Below are positions 18,427-29,915 of a stretch of 64,000 nt of DNA, in pieces. The stretch's first letter is position 1; the number at the start of each line of letters is the position of its first letter. The stretch is from Patescibacteria group bacterium. Lineage in GTDB: Bacteria; Patescibacteriota; UBA1384; UBA12157; JAENIV01. Location of the stretch: the NCBI GenBank assembly GCA_041666185.1, contig JBAYHL010000001.1:69073-133072 (forward strand). The letters are read 5' to 3'. The notes beneath the pieces are model-generated. The model was not told the origin of the DNA, ran no database searches, and was given only the letters and a program-made list of their open reading frames with translations. Made by a program: the position numbers and the translations under genes.

Positions 18427-19191
18427 TCAATTTTTAAAAACTAGCATTGTTTTTTGACCGTCTTCGATAGTTTCTGGATTACCTGTCCAATCATGAATAG
18501 CGTTATATAAAATTTTTTCATTATATCTATAATGATCACCGTTTCTTGTGCCAACATCTTGGACAATAATTGTATCGCTGTCATAACCAATAGCAACCAC
18601 CATGTGATAAACAGGACCAGGACTACGAAAGTTAGGATTACCTAAAAGCCTACCAGCAGTAGGAATAATTACTGGATAGCCATTAACAATTTCTTTTTTA
18701 ACATCTTCGATTGTAATGTCATTTTTAATTTCAAAGTTTTGGTCTCCATAAAAACTTTTCGCTAAACTACCGGTTTCTTTAACTGTTAAATCTTTATGGC
18801 TTCCCCAATTTTCTATTTCCCAATTAACCATTTTCTGAATTTGGTCCTCCATTTCTTGCACTGAGACATCTTTATTATTTAGGTAATAATGAGTTAAAAT
18901 TAAAGACGCCTCTTCGCAAGCTTCATCATGCAACTCATCCCAATTAGCATCAGGTGCTTGAGATTGAAAAGGAAAATTTTCAATTAAATAAGAATTGGGA
19001 GTCTGTGTTGACGTTGGTGTTGGTAAAGCACTTGAAGGAAGCGAAGCCGAAGGTGACGAACTTATTTTGACTGTCAGTGTTGAAGCAGGAGTCACATTAG
19101 AAAGATTTTTAGAATACTTAACATTTACAAAAGCACCAATTGCCAAAACTATTACGAACGAAAATAATAAATAGAAAAATCTTTTATTCAT
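18427..19191 (-). CDS. Secreted peptidase C39-like domain protein
   Basis: It has a signal anchor, a Ser/Thr/Pro linker and a C...H arrangement like the Peptidase_C39_2 family. Confidence 0.5.
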   Translation of the reverse strand: MNKRFFYLLFSFVIVLAIGAFVNVKYSKNLSNVTPASTLTVKISSSPSASLPSSALPTPTSTQTPNSYLIENFPFQSQAPDANWDELHDEACEEASLILTHYYLNNKDVSVQEMEDQIQKMVNWEIENWGSHKDLTVKETGSLAKSFYGDQNFEIKNDITIEDVKKEIVNGYPVIIPTAGRLLGNPNFRSPGPVYHMVVAIGYDSDTIIVQDVGTRNGDHYRYNEKILYNAIHDWTGNPETIEDGQKTMLVFKN

Positions 19192-19315
19192 AAGCGTATT
19201 TTACCAAGAAACTGAAATTTATGGAATAGCGATTGACAAACACGTAAAAAAAGGGTAAAATCTATAGGTTGTATTAAAAATTAAAAAACATAAAGAAAAA
19301 GATAAACAAAAGAAA

Positions 19316-21124
19316 ATGGAAATTAGAAACATTGCCATTATCGCTCACGTTGATCATGGCAAGACCACCTTAGTTGATGGTCTTTTAAAACAATCTAAAA
19401 CTTTTAGAGAAAACGAAGCGGAAATGTCGCAAGATTTGATAATGGACTCAAATGCTCAAGAACGCGAACGGGGCATTACTATTTTGGCGAAAAACACGGC
19501 CATTAATTACAAGGATGTCAAAATAAACATTATCGATACCCCAGGCCACGCTGATTTTGGCGGTGAAGTGGAAAGAACTTTGAATATGGCTGACGGCGCC
19601 CTTCTTTTGATTGATGCTCAAGAAGGACCAATGCCGCAAACAAAATTTGTTTTGAAAAAAGCTTTGGAAATTGGTCTAAAACCAATTGTAGTCATTAATA
19701 AAATTGACAAAAAAGATGCTCACATTCAAGATACTATTAATAAGACTTGTGATTTATTTTTAGATTTGGCTACCGAAGATTTCCATCTAGATTTCCCCAT
19801 TTATTTTTGTATTAGCCGCGAAGGCAAAGCTTGGTCAGAAATGCCTAATGATACCTCAAAACCAGCCGATTTAACCCCAATTTTTGAGGCGATTTTAAAA
19901 TATGTTCCCGCTCCTCAAGTCGAAGAAAACAAACCATTTCAAATGCAAATCAGCACTTTAGATTGGGATAGTTTCAAAGGAAAATATATTATTGGCCGCA
20001 TTAAAAGAGGCACGGCTAAAGTAGGTTTAAATATTGCGATTTTAAACGAAGACGGAATTAAAGAAACCGGCCGAATTGAAAATATTTACACTAATCAAGG
20101 ACTTAAAAAAATTGAAATCGTGCAAGCTCAAGCCGGCGACATTGTTTCCCTTACCGGTTTTAGTAAAGCCGGTATTGGCGATACTGCTAGCGATATTCAA
20201 AGTCCTGAAGCACTCCCATCTATGGCTATTGAAGAGCCAACTTTAAAAATTGCAGTGTCTGCCAATACTTCACCTTTCGCCGGCAAAGAAGGCAAATTTG
20301 TTACTAGCCGACAAATTTTAGAAAGAATCAAAAAAGAACTCCAAACAAATGTTTCTCTTAGACTTGAAGAAAGAGATAGCGAATTTATTTTATCTGGTCG
20401 TGGCGAACTTCATCTTTCTGTTTTTGTTGAAACTTTAAGACGAGAAGATTACGAACTACAAGTTAGCAAACCCCAAGTTATTACCAAAGTTATTGATGGT
20501 GTCCTTTCGGAACCAATTGAAGAATTAACTGTTGATGTCGATGAAGATAAAGTTGGCGCCGTTAACTCGGAGGTTGGCCGCCGCAAAGGAATTTTAATCC
20601 ATCAAGAAGAAAATAATGACAAAACTGCCAGACTGGTTTTTGAAATCAGTACCCGCGGACTTTTGGGACTGCGAAACCAACTTTTGACCTTAACTAAAGG
20701 AACTGCTGTTATGAACTCTATTTTCTTACGCTTCGAACCAATCGGCACCCCAATTCCTAAATTGCGAAATGGAGTCTTGATTGCTTCAGAAACCGGTAAG
20801 GCCTTAACATATGGTTTAGATATTGCTCAAGGTCGCGGCATCACTTTTATTCATCCTCAAACCGAGGTTTATAAAGGCATGATTATTGGCTTAAATCAGC
20901 GCAATGAAGATATCGAAATTAATGTAACTAAAGAAAAAAAACAAACCAATGTGCGCGCGTCTAACTCTGACTTTTCCACCATTTTAACTCCTCCGACTAT
21001 TTTTAGTTTGGAACAATGTTTAGACTTTTTAGAAGACGATGAGCTTTTAGAACTCACACCAAAAAATTTACGACTTCGAAAAAAGATTTTAGACCCAAAC
21101 TTGCGCGCAAGAACAAAAAAGTAA
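19316..21124 (+). CDS. typA: Translational GTPase TypA/BipA
   Basis: [17 protein letters not shown] and NKID motifs are present and the length is about 600 aa. Confidence 0.92.
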   Translation: MEIRNIAIIAHVDHGKTTLVDGLLKQSKTFRENEAEMSQDLIMDSNAQERERGITILAKNTAINYKDVKINIIDTPGHADFGGEVERTLNMADGALLLIDAQEGPMPQTKFVLKKALEIGLKPIVVINKIDKKDAHIQDTINKTCDLFLDLATEDFHLDFPIYFCISREGKAWSEMPNDTSKPADLTPIFEAILKYVPAPQVEENKPFQMQISTLDWDSFKGKYIIGRIKRGTAKVGLNIAILNEDGIKETGRIENIYTNQGLKKIEIVQAQAGDIVSLTGFSKAGIGDTASDIQSPEALPSMAIEEPTLKIAVSANTSPFAGKEGKFVTSRQILERIKKELQTNVSLRLEERDSEFILSGRGELHLSVFVETLRREDYELQVSKPQVITKVIDGVLSEPIEELTVDVDEDKVGAVNSEVGRRKGILIHQEENNDKTARLVFEISTRGLLGLRNQLLTLTKGTAVMNSIFLRFEPIGTPIPKLRNGVLIASETGKALTYGLDIAQGRGITFIHPQTEVYKGMIIGLNQRNEDIEINVTKEKKQTNVRASNSDFSTILTPPTIFSLEQCLDFLEDDELLELTPKNLRLRKKILDPNLRARTKK

Positions 21125-21137
21125 TACAATTAAAAAT

Positions 21138-21734
21138 ATGCAAAAGACTTTTGTTTTATTAATCCTAATATTAGTTTTTATTGTTTTTAGCGGATACATG
21201 TATAAAAGTAGCTCCCCAAAAGATTCGGGAGTTGATAATCAAAAAAAGGAGATTAAATCCATGGGCAATCTAAAATTTCCTGGTATTTTACCAGACGAAA
21301 AAATTAAAAATAAAAAAGCTGTTCTAAAAACAGATCAAGGTACAGTCGAAATAATTCTTTTTGCCGATAAGGCACCAAAAACAGTCAGCAATTTTATTTA
21401 TTTAAGCGAAAATAAATTCTATGACGGTTTAACTTTTCATCGAGTAGTACCCGGCTTTGTCGCTCAAGGCGGCGATCCTACTGGTACTGGTAGCGGCGGA
21501 CCAGGTTATCAATTTGAAGATGAAGAAGTTAAAGATAATTACAAAACCGGTACAGTCGCTATGGCTAACTCCGGTTCTGACACTAATGGTTCTCAATTTT
21601 TCATTTGCCTCGAAGATCAACCAGACTTACCAAAACTTTACAATCTCTTTGGCCAAGTAACCACCGACATGGACATTGTCAAAAAGATTCAAATTGGCAC
21701 CAAAATCGAATCAATTACAATCGAAAATCAATAA
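21138..21734 (+). CDS. ppiB: Peptidyl-prolyl cis-trans isomerase, cyclophilin type, with N-terminal signal anchor
   Basis: FHRVVPGFVAQGGDPTGTGSGG and MANSG...GSQFFI match the cyclophilin fold. Confidence 0.85.
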   Translation: MQKTFVLLILILVFIVFSGYMYKSSSPKDSGVDNQKKEIKSMGNLKFPGILPDEKIKNKKAVLKTDQGTVEIILFADKAPKTVSNFIYLSENKFYDGLTFHRVVPGFVAQGGDPTGTGSGGPGYQFEDEEVKDNYKTGTVAMANSGSDTNGSQFFICLEDQPDLPKLYNLFGQVTTDMDIVKKIQIGTKIESITIENQ

Positions 21735-21742
21735 TTATTATA

Positions 21743-23454
21743 TTAGAACTCTTTTATAGATTCGTTACCAGCTGGATCGGTGGCAACGATTTTTATTTGT
21801 GTTACACCAGCCGGAATCGAAACAGAATGTTGGCTTAAATAATTTTTTTTCATTACACCAAAAGATACTAAAAGACTCTCACTGCAAACACTTCCACCAA
21901 CATACTCAACACAACCATAGGTTACTTCCGGTGAACCACTTTCAGAGGTAAAATTATCCCAACTAATATTAATTTGACTACCACTTAAAATTTGTTTTGC
22001 ATTGGTAATTTTTGGTTTTTCTGTATCTTCAGCTGTTTGCCTCGGAACAATATATAGCGGATCACCGATTATTACCCATCGCCATTTTAATCGCGAAGTT
22101 GCCATATAAACACTTTCGGCTAAATTGAAATGGCCATTTAAAAAATAGTCATAAAGAGCTGTCGGTTGAGGTATTAAATTAGCAAACGGTTCAGCAACAA
22201 CCCCCCAAGTAGCGGTTACGTCGGCAGCTAAATTATTTGGCACTACTAAAGCGTCGTTTGTGTCACGAATAGTTCTAACAGCTGTTCCTGACCGAAAATT
22301 CATTGGTACAGCTCCAGGCGGCCAAGGACCCCAAACATTTTTATAATAATTTCCTTCTGGCCAACCACCAGAATAAACATGCCACAAAGGATTATTACCC
22401 CCAGTAACGTTAGAATCGCGAATACATTCATAACCAGCAGTTTCGATTGGTCCACAAAGTGTGTTTGCGGCATCATTTAAATATGCTTGACCAGCCATAT
22501 AACCTTTACCAATATTTGGTCCCATATACCTACCAGCATAAATTGCCTTATCCACTAAACCTTTGGCAATTTTCTCCGAAGGACCATCTAAACGCATTAC
22601 CAAATAAGTGCCATGACTCGAATCAAAATGTTCACCGGCTTTATGAGTGCCATTCGTGTAAGTGTTATAAAAAGTCTTATTATATGGATTTAATACCCCA
22701 GAATACCAAAGAGACTGCTTGTCATACATATCAGAAAGATAGCTATCAACACTAAAGGTTGAACCGTAAGTGTCTTTGTGAGCCGTATCAGTTACTTTAT
22801 ATGGTACACCATAAGTCGTTACGATATATAAAACTACATTTTTTAGCCCTCGTTCGTCCAAAAAACTTTTAATAGGATCGCGAATTTGGGTTACATAATC
22901 ATCATACGAAATAGTTTCACCTGTCGTTGTCCTAATATGAATAATTTGACCAGAACTAATACCCCGTCTTTTTTGATAATAAGTCCCCACCTCTTGAGAG
23001 ATAGAGCTATTATCATTAACAACAATTGCTAAATTACCACCCGATGAAGTTAAAATAAAAATTTCACCATCTTCTAATGTTGATTTTAAAATAAAATAAC
23101 TACCATCGCTTTGATAGCGATAATAATTATTTCCTGCAGGGTCAACCGGAGCTGATCCTTGCAAACCATATTGTGTCAAATCTTGATAAAAACAAGAAGT
23201 GTCATTAACATTCTCAACTTTCTTGTCACGATTGCTACAATTACTATCACTGCTACTTTCAGGGTATTTATTCTGATTAATAAAATACGCCTCCAAAACA
23301 TGCGAAAGCTGATTAAGCTCTGTTTTTCTTCTAACATCTCTAGCTTTGCCTTTTGCACTTTGTACAGAGACCAATATAATACCAGCTAATATGCCAATAA
23401 TAGCAATCACAACCAGTAATTCAATAAGAGTAAAAGAAGACCTTTTTCTCAGTT
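21743..23454 (-). CDS. Large type IV pilin/pseudopilin-like protein (N-terminal FTLIELLVVIAIIGILA prepilin helix)
   Basis: The prepilin-type N-terminus has Phe at +1 and Glu at +5. The start codon is uncertain: the ORF track gives 23410 (GTG), but the leader requires a start near 23452-23454 (CTG), about 1 nt after an AGGAGGG RBS. Confidence 0.5.
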
Positions 23455-23503
23455 TCCCTCCTGATTGGTTTAAATTAATTCGACATATTTATCATATCTT
23501 AAA

Positions 23504-25240
23504 TTACCAGCCACCACCACCGCCTCCACCACCGCCTCCGCCGGAAAAACCACCGCCACCAGAACCAGAACTCGATGGTGAGGAAGCAAGTGTTGAAGCC
23601 ATTGAAGATGATAAGCTATTTATATTAGAGCTAAAAGTGTCAGCATTAAAAGATGTCATTGCTACACCCGTGTACCAATAAGGATGATAATTGTTAAAGT
23701 AATCTTTACCATAAATCAATTTCATTTTTTCTGCCCAAAGTTTAGTAATTCCAAAAACAATTGCATAAGGTAAAAACCTTTCGAAAATATTTTCTTTTTC
23801 GTTAAATTGCTGACGATATTTTTCAGCTGTTTCCATATAAAGTTTAAACCCTTTAATTTGTCGCAAAAGTTCGGCACTTTCTTTTGTGCGCTGACGAAGT
23901 AAAAAAGCAAAAATGAAAATAATTATTGCTGACAAAAAGAAACTTAGAAATAATTGCCAAGCAAGAACAGCTAAAGAAAAAGATAAACCAAAAAATCCAC
24001 TTGCAAGAATAATAAAACCAAATAAAAACCATTTATTTCGTCGCTGAACAAGCTTTTTTTCTGCCAGCGGATCAACAACCGCTTTTGAAATGGCTGGAAT
24101 ATCTTGATAAAACTTATTTTTTAAATCGGACATTAAAATTTCGCTTTTTCCACCAAATAACTTATCCAACAAAACTGTTTCTGAAACCGAAATTTTAGCA
24201 GTTACACTACTTAGTTTTATTAATTTATAGTCAGCCGAACCAAAAACTCCTTTTTTTTCAATTTCTTCAATTTTAATTATTTTATTAACGGCTAAATTAA
24301 CAATTGCCGCTGAAATAAACTGGGGCTTAATTGCGCCATCAGTCAAAACCGCTCCTAACTCCATTGGTGATAATTTTGAAGGTATGTCAAACTCAGGAAC
24401 AATTGTTGGATTAATTTTTGGATCACGACCGTATTTTTTCCAAAGCAAAATACAAATTATAAAAACTATTATTGGTAATAAAAAGGCAAAATAATAGCCG
24501 TATTGCTCTAAAAAGCCTGGCACATAAGGTGTAAAGACACCTTTCACAGATGTAACTGAAACTGTTATTCCTTGGCCGGGTTTTAAAATCTCTGTCGAAA
24601 TAAATTCTAAGGTGTTTTTATCTACCCAATTGTAATTTGCCAATGTTCTATCCTTCGAACCAAAATTACCAGCGTAATAAGAAACTTGACTCGAATCTTT
24701 ATTGACACCATCAGGGAATTTTATTTGAGCCGAAAATTTATCAATATCAAGTTGCCAAAAATTACCATTTAAATTCCAATAGAATTCATCAAAATTTGAA
24801 TTATTAAAACGAATCACATTTTGAACTTTGTATTTTATTTTATAATAATTAATACCTTTAACTGTTTTATTAGGATCACCAATTTTCCAAGTAATTGTAT
24901 GATCTGAATAGCTTTTAATAGTTTCGTATTTCAAAGGTACATTGTTAAAATCAGTAATACTTACAAGTTCAACAGGAGTTTTAATTACTTCGCTACCAGA
25001 AGACTTAGTCTGAGTCGGTAAAATTCTAAAAATCCCATGCTTACCAGACAAGTTACCGCAGTCAGCTGTAATTTTTTCTGTAATCAAAACTGAGGAATCT
25101 TTATTCACAACAATTTCTGACTGAAAATCTTTAATATACCAGTCTGTAATTGTTGACGTTTCGCGAGCAAAAACAGATGGCACAGCCGCAAAAGTTAAAA
25201 CTATTAAAAATAAAACGGCTCTAAAAAAATATTTAATCAC
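23504..25240 (-). CDS. DUF2207-family membrane protein with C-terminal poly-Gly tail
   Basis: It has a signal peptide, a large ectodomain, four TM helices and a GGGGFSGGGGGGGGGGGW tail. Confidence 0.55.
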   Translation of the reverse strand: MIKYFFRAVLFLIVLTFAAVPSVFARETSTITDWYIKDFQSEIVVNKDSSVLITEKITADCGNLSGKHGIFRILPTQTKSSGSEVIKTPVELVSITDFNNVPLKYETIKSYSDHTITWKIGDPNKTVKGINYYKIKYKVQNVIRFNNSNFDEFYWNLNGNFWQLDIDKFSAQIKFPDGVNKDSSQVSYYAGNFGSKDRTLANYNWVDKNTLEFISTEILKPGQGITVSVTSVKGVFTPYVPGFLEQYGYYFAFLLPIIVFIICILLWKKYGRDPKINPTIVPEFDIPSKLSPMELGAVLTDGAIKPQFISAAIVNLAVNKIIKIEEIEKKGVFGSADYKLIKLSSVTAKISVSETVLLDKLFGGKSEILMSDLKNKFYQDIPAISKAVVDPLAEKKLVQRRNKWFLFGFIILASGFFGLSFSLAVLAWQLFLSFFLSAIIIFIFAFLLRQRTKESAELLRQIKGFKLYMETAEKYRQQFNEKENIFERFLPYAIVFGITKLWAEKMKLIYGKDYFNNYHPYWYTGVAMTSFNADTFSSNINSLSSSMASTLASSPSSSGSGGGGFSGGGGGGGGGGGW

Positions 25241-25348
25241 ATAATCCCCTTTCTCTACATTAATAGTAGCAAACTTTATAATTCAGAACAATTTAAAAAA
25301 TCCCCGGGAAAAATCTCGGGGAATAGTTTCGATTTGGGTTACAACAAC

Positions 25349-25951
25349 TTAACGTCTTTTTAGAACAAACCCAAGTCCAGCAATGCCAGCTATCAAGGAA
25401 AGAAGACTGGCCGGTTCGGGCACGCAAGGACATACACCAGGAATACAGCTGGTTCGCAAATCCATGATTTCAATATGACCACCACCTGAAAGAAGTGTTG
25501 AAAAGTCAAACGCTTCACCTTCGGGTTGCGGACAAATGTAGCCTCTGAAACCATAGTGCCAATCCTGACCACACGTCTCCCATGAAACATTGCAAAAACC
25601 ATCGATAGTCCCACCCGGAACTGTACCATAGGCTTCAGCAATTTCTACCCAATCGGTAGTAGGAATCATTGTCGCATCAGGGTCAAACGTTCCACCAGAT
25701 ATCCACAATTCGATGCTAAAGACCTTGTACCAATCTGGCCCCATATAGCCATTTAGCAACGAAAGGGTGCTGGTGTTTGGATTCCATGAATATGGCCACG
25801 TAAGCGGGGCAACACTCATAGAACCTCCCGGCTCTCCACAGAGCTGGATAATATACTCATCCAAGGGCTGAAAAGTGAAAGCCCCTTGGGAGCTGCCGCA
25901 AATAGCAAGCAGCAAGAGGATCGAGAGAAACAGAGTCATCCACGCACGCAT
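25349..25951 (-). CDS. Secreted protein with C-terminal PEP-CTERM-like sorting signal (VPEPASLLSLIAGIAGLGFVLKRR); higher GC than flanks
   Basis: It has a signal peptide and a PEP motif followed by a TM segment and a basic tail. The RBS is GGAGGAAAAACAAATG. GC is about 47%. Confidence 0.5.
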   Translation of the reverse strand: MRAWMTLFLSILLLLAICGSSQGAFTFQPLDEYIIQLCGEPGGSMSVAPLTWPYSWNPNTSTLSLLNGYMGPDWYKVFSIELWISGGTFDPDATMIPTTDWVEIAEAYGTVPGGTIDGFCNVSWETCGQDWHYGFRGYICPQPEGEAFDFSTLLSGGGHIEIMDLRTSCIPGVCPCVPEPASLLSLIAGIAGLGFVLKRR

Positions 25952-26121
25952 TTGTTTTTCCTCCAGAATTCAACGTTAACAAGGCAGAGAAGCGACTATA
26001 TAACACGCTTCGGCGCGATTGTTATGTATTTGCCTACGGCGGGGATGCTTAAGGAATTAAAGTACACAACAAACTGAAATCGGTTACATTATATACCCAA
26101 CATAGTTAAGAGTCAAGGTAT

Positions 26122-26541
26122 TTACACCTTTTTATTTTGATTTATAAAATCTTCGTATGCTTTTCTATCACCATACTCTAAAAAATCTTTATGGTGTTCG
26201 GGCTCAATAAAATTATCGCCTGCTTTATGCTTAATTCCACACCAATATTTTTCAGTATCACCAGCAATTTTTACTGAATAAGCAGCAACACCATTAGCGT
26301 AACCACAATACGTACACCATAATTTATCCCAAAAATTTAAATACGAAAGTTTCTGACGATCAATTCTTATATAATTACTCCATTTATTTATTGAAATACC
26401 ATAAAGAGGAAAAGCGATTCGATGATATATTTCCATAGTAATATCCAAAAAAATTATTGGAATTGCCATACCTAAAATAAACGGACAAGATAGTAAATAC
26501 CTTAACTTCCTATAAGGAATTTTGGCTATTTTATTTTTCAT
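26122..26541 (-). CDS. Hypothetical membrane protein
   Basis: ORF with an N-terminal TM segment. Confidence 0.35.
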   Translation of the reverse strand: MKNKIAKIPYRKLRYLLSCPFILGMAIPIIFLDITMEIYHRIAFPLYGISINKWSNYIRIDRQKLSYLNFWDKLWCTYCGYANGVAAYSVKIAGDTEKYWCGIKHKAGDNFIEPEHHKDFLEYGDRKAYEDFINQNKKV

Positions 26542-26699
26542 ATCAATAATTTATCTTATCTAATTTTAATAATCAACCCATTTTTGTTATTTCAAAATAA
26601 ACTAGCAACTTGCTGTTGTTAGTTTTCTGATATATAATCCTTTTATATTCCTTGACTGCACCTAGATAACTAAATAAACATGGGGAGGTAAAGATAAAC

Positions 26700-27536
26700 A
26701 TGGTTGATGAGAATACCGAACTGGCTGAGAAATACTATCAAACCAGACTTAAAAAATATCGTGACGAATTAATTTTATCTAATTTAGATTTGGTACGATC
26801 AATTGCTTATCGCTTCAAAGGATCTGACGAACCTTTGGAAGACCTTGTACAAGAAGGGATTATTGGTTTAGCTAAGGCTATTGACAGATTTAATCCGACA
26901 AATGGCGCAAAATTTAATACTTACGCAACTCATTATATAATCGGCGGGATAAAACATTACCTGCGCGATAAAGTCAAGATAATCAGGATTCCAGCCTGGC
27001 TTCAAGAAAAGCAAGCAAAAATTGCCAAGAATAAGGAAAACATACAATCACAGTTGCTTGATCGAGAAGTCACTACTGAAGACGTTATTAAAGCTTACCC
27101 GGACGAAGAAGATGCAATTTACCAAGCCGAACAAGTCTATCGCAATATTTGTCACCCTTGTTCCCTAAACGAGTTAATGGAAGATAATGGTAAAAGCAAA
27201 ATAGAATTCGAAGAACTAATAAGCATGGTGGCACTTGACATAGACACGATAGGAGAAAATGATTTGGTTTGTGAAATCATCGCCGAGCTGAAACCAATTT
27301 ATCAAACAATCATAAACCTTCTTGCTCAAGATTGTAAAAAAACTGAAATAGCTAAATATTTACATGTTTCAGACAATTATATTCACCATATCCTTCAACA
27401 ACTCACTAAATCAGCTATTCGAAAAGCTTTAGAAAAAATCATTGCCGTTCAAGCTGTTCGCGCCAAGAAAGGATTACCTCCGAGTGAATTCGACAGCATT
27501 TTTCGACTTGAACTACTGGAACTCCTTAAAACATAA
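26700..27536 (+). CDS. RNA polymerase sigma-70 family sigma factor (group 3-like)
   Basis: Region 2 (DLVQEGIIGLAKAIDRF) and a C-terminal region 4 HTH are present. The RBS is GGGGAGG. Confidence 0.75.
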   Translation: MVDENTELAEKYYQTRLKKYRDELILSNLDLVRSIAYRFKGSDEPLEDLVQEGIIGLAKAIDRFNPTNGAKFNTYATHYIIGGIKHYLRDKVKIIRIPAWLQEKQAKIAKNKENIQSQLLDREVTTEDVIKAYPDEEDAIYQAEQVYRNICHPCSLNELMEDNGKSKIEFEELISMVALDIDTIGENDLVCEIIAELKPIYQTIINLLAQDCKKTEIAKYLHVSDNYIHHILQQLTKSAIRKALEKIIAVQAVRAKKGLPPSEFDSIFRLELLELLKT

Positions 27537-27560
27537 CCAAATCATATACACATCTTAATA

Positions 27561-27589
27561 ACCGCTTTAATGCTAGAGCGGTTTTTTTA
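27561..27589 (+). terminator. Rho-independent terminator after sigma factor gene
   Basis: ACCGCTTTAATGCTAGAGCGGT followed by TTTTTTT. Confidence 0.6.
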
Positions 27590-27632
27590 ATTAATTATTT
27601 TTTGATATAATTACCTTGAGAGGGATAATATC

Positions 27633-29174
27633 GTGAGTAGCATATTAACACGTTTTGTTTATGGTGCAATAATTCTAGTAGTTATAATAGGATCAATTTT
27701 TTATTTTTTAAATCGTAAAAAAATTACTTCTCAAGCCGACCAAACTCTTTCCAAAACTTACGCTACTTTAACTGATGAGGAAAAAAATAGTCTTTTATCA
27801 GCCAGTGCCGATGTAACTAAGCTTAAGGACAAACTTTCGGCTTTAGAAATTACCATTAGTAAATCGGCTCAAACCACAACTCCAGCTGGGCAAACAACAA
27901 CTATTTTACAACCAGTAGCTAATGCTTTAGAAGGTTTAGGAGCACTAAATATTAGTAATGACTCTATTTCACTCGCCCTTTCAGACGGTAGCTTAGCTCA
28001 AAGTGATTCAGGCTTATCGGTTTCTGGAAGCTATGATGATAATTTTTTAAGAGTCGATACAAATTTTGATGGTGATGTAAGTGGAACCTACGACACATTG
28101 GTAATTTCTGAAAGTTACGATGATAGTTTTTTGAAAATCGGCACCAGTTTTGATGGTGATGTGGAAGGAAATTACAACACTTTAGAAATTGTTGACGGAT
28201 CAATCATTAACGCGGACATTAGTAACACGGCAGCAATTTCTTGGACTAAAATTAGCAAAACCGGTGCTCTTTTAACCGATTTTGGTGGTGATCATGGCGA
28301 TTTAGCAGGTTTAGGTAACGATGATCACGTAATTTATGCTCTACTTGCCGGAAGGGCTGGCGGGCAAACCTTAAATGGTGGTACAGCCGCAAATGATGAC
28401 TTAACCTTTGACTCGACAACAAATGGAACTAAGGGATACATACTTATAAACCCAACTGGTGGTAATGTGGGGATTGGTACTGATACACCCACTGGGACAC
28501 TTCATATTAAAGCTGATTCAGATGATCAACAATTAATTATCCAATTAGATGCAGCTCAAACGGTTAACAGCTTTGAAATTTATAAATCTGATGGTACAAC
28601 TAGATTAGTATCTTTTGAAGATGATGGCACATTAGTTTTTGAAAATGATGCGGTAGTTTATGATGATTTACAACAACCAGGCCTTTTAGTCAGAACAAAT
28701 GCTTCGGCTCCGGATTTAGTCACATTTGGACCAGTGGTTACTAATCTTATCATTTATGGTTTTGATGGAACTGCTACCCTTGAACAAGTTTATTTTAATG
28801 TTCAACTTCCTCATTCCTACAAACTCGGAACGGATCTTTACCCACATATTCACTGGTCACCAACCGATACTTCAGCCGGAAATGTTGTTTGGAAGCTAGA
28901 ATATAGCTGGGCGGATGTAAACGGTACTTTTGCAGCGCCAACAACAATAGCGACAACTCCCCAAGCTACTGGCGGAACCGCTTGGGCACATAATGTAGTA
29001 TCGTTTCCAACAATTAGTGGCACTGGAGTTGATATTTCAAGAATTTTAGTTTGTCGTCTGTATCGCGATCCGGCTGATGCTGGCGACACTTACACTCATG
29101 ACGCTGCTCTTTTAAATTTTGATTTCCATTTTGAAAAAGATACTTTAGGTTCTAGAGAACTATGGATAAAATAA
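27633..29174 (+). CDS. Membrane-anchored repeat protein (tail-fibre-like beta-rich protein, hypothetical)
   Basis: It has an N-terminal TM helix and tandem copies of SYDDxFLxxxTxFDGDVxGxYxTLxI. Confidence 0.45.
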   Translation: MSSILTRFVYGAIILVVIIGSIFYFLNRKKITSQADQTLSKTYATLTDEEKNSLLSASADVTKLKDKLSALEITISKSAQTTTPAGQTTTILQPVANALEGLGALNISNDSISLALSDGSLAQSDSGLSVSGSYDDNFLRVDTNFDGDVSGTYDTLVISESYDDSFLKIGTSFDGDVEGNYNTLEIVDGSIINADISNTAAISWTKISKTGALLTDFGGDHGDLAGLGNDDHVIYALLAGRAGGQTLNGGTAANDDLTFDSTTNGTKGYILINPTGGNVGIGTDTPTGTLHIKADSDDQQLIIQLDAAQTVNSFEIYKSDGTTRLVSFEDDGTLVFENDAVVYDDLQQPGLLVRTNASAPDLVTFGPVVTNLIIYGFDGTATLEQVYFNVQLPHSYKLGTDLYPHIHWSPTDTSAGNVVWKLEYSWADVNGTFAAPTTIATTPQATGGTAWAHNVVSFPTISGTGVDISRILVCRLYRDPADAGDTYTHDAALLNFDFHFEKDTLGSRELWIK

Positions 29175-29197
29175 ATTACCCCAAAGGAGTTATCATA

Positions 29198-29584
29198 ATG
29201 AAAAGACGATGGTTTAAATTAATTTTTATCAGTTTAATCACACTACTTTTTGTCGGTGGCATAACTGGATCAATTTATTATTATATTCAGTACAAAAACG
29301 TCAAAAATGAACAAGTCAATAAAGAAAAAGAAATTAAAAAATTAGTTACTCAAGTTGGAAAATTAATCTTACTACCTCAAGATGAATCACCGACAGTTGC
29401 TACAGTCATTGATAAAGACAAATTAAAAAACGAGGCATTTTTTCAAAAATCAGAAAACCAAGATAAAGTTTTGATTTATACAAAATGGCAAAAAGCGATA
29501 CTTTATAGACCGTCAATTAATTTAATTATTAATGTTGCCCCAATTAATAGTATTGAAACCGATGAAGGTACAAAAGAGGAATAG
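29198..29584 (+). CDS. Hypothetical single-pass membrane protein
   Basis: RBS AAAGGAG. Confidence 0.35.
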   Translation: MKRRWFKLIFISLITLLFVGGITGSIYYYIQYKNVKNEQVNKEKEIKKLVTQVGKLILLPQDESPTVATVIDKDKLKNEAFFQKSENQDKVLIYTKWQKAILYRPSINLIINVAPINSIETDEGTKEE

Positions 29585-29915
29585 TTTATTAGGCTAAGGA
29601 GGAAGGCATCCCCCTCTAATTTTAGAACGTAAATACTTTAAAAGGTCTCGATGAAATGAATAAAAAAATAACACCACTTGTCCGCGCTGCGCTAAAGCTT
29701 ACGGCAAGAACTACGTAGTAATATTCGCAAAAGTAGATTAATTATTTACAGTATTGACTTATTGGCCTAAATTTGATAAGATATCCAGGTAAGATAAATT
29801 GTTCTATGGATTTCCAAATAATTAATTTTTATTTTGATGTTCTGTACAGCAATACATCCGTTAAAATAAACTTAATTATTTTGTGTTTTTTTTAAAAACA
29901 CAAAGGAAAGACAAC

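Noticed and set aside
23346-23681. 111-aa plus-strand ORF with a poly-Pro run
   Set aside because: It is the antisense reading of the GGC/GGT-rich poly-Gly tail of the DUF2207 gene on the minus strand. It has no RBS and is low complexity.
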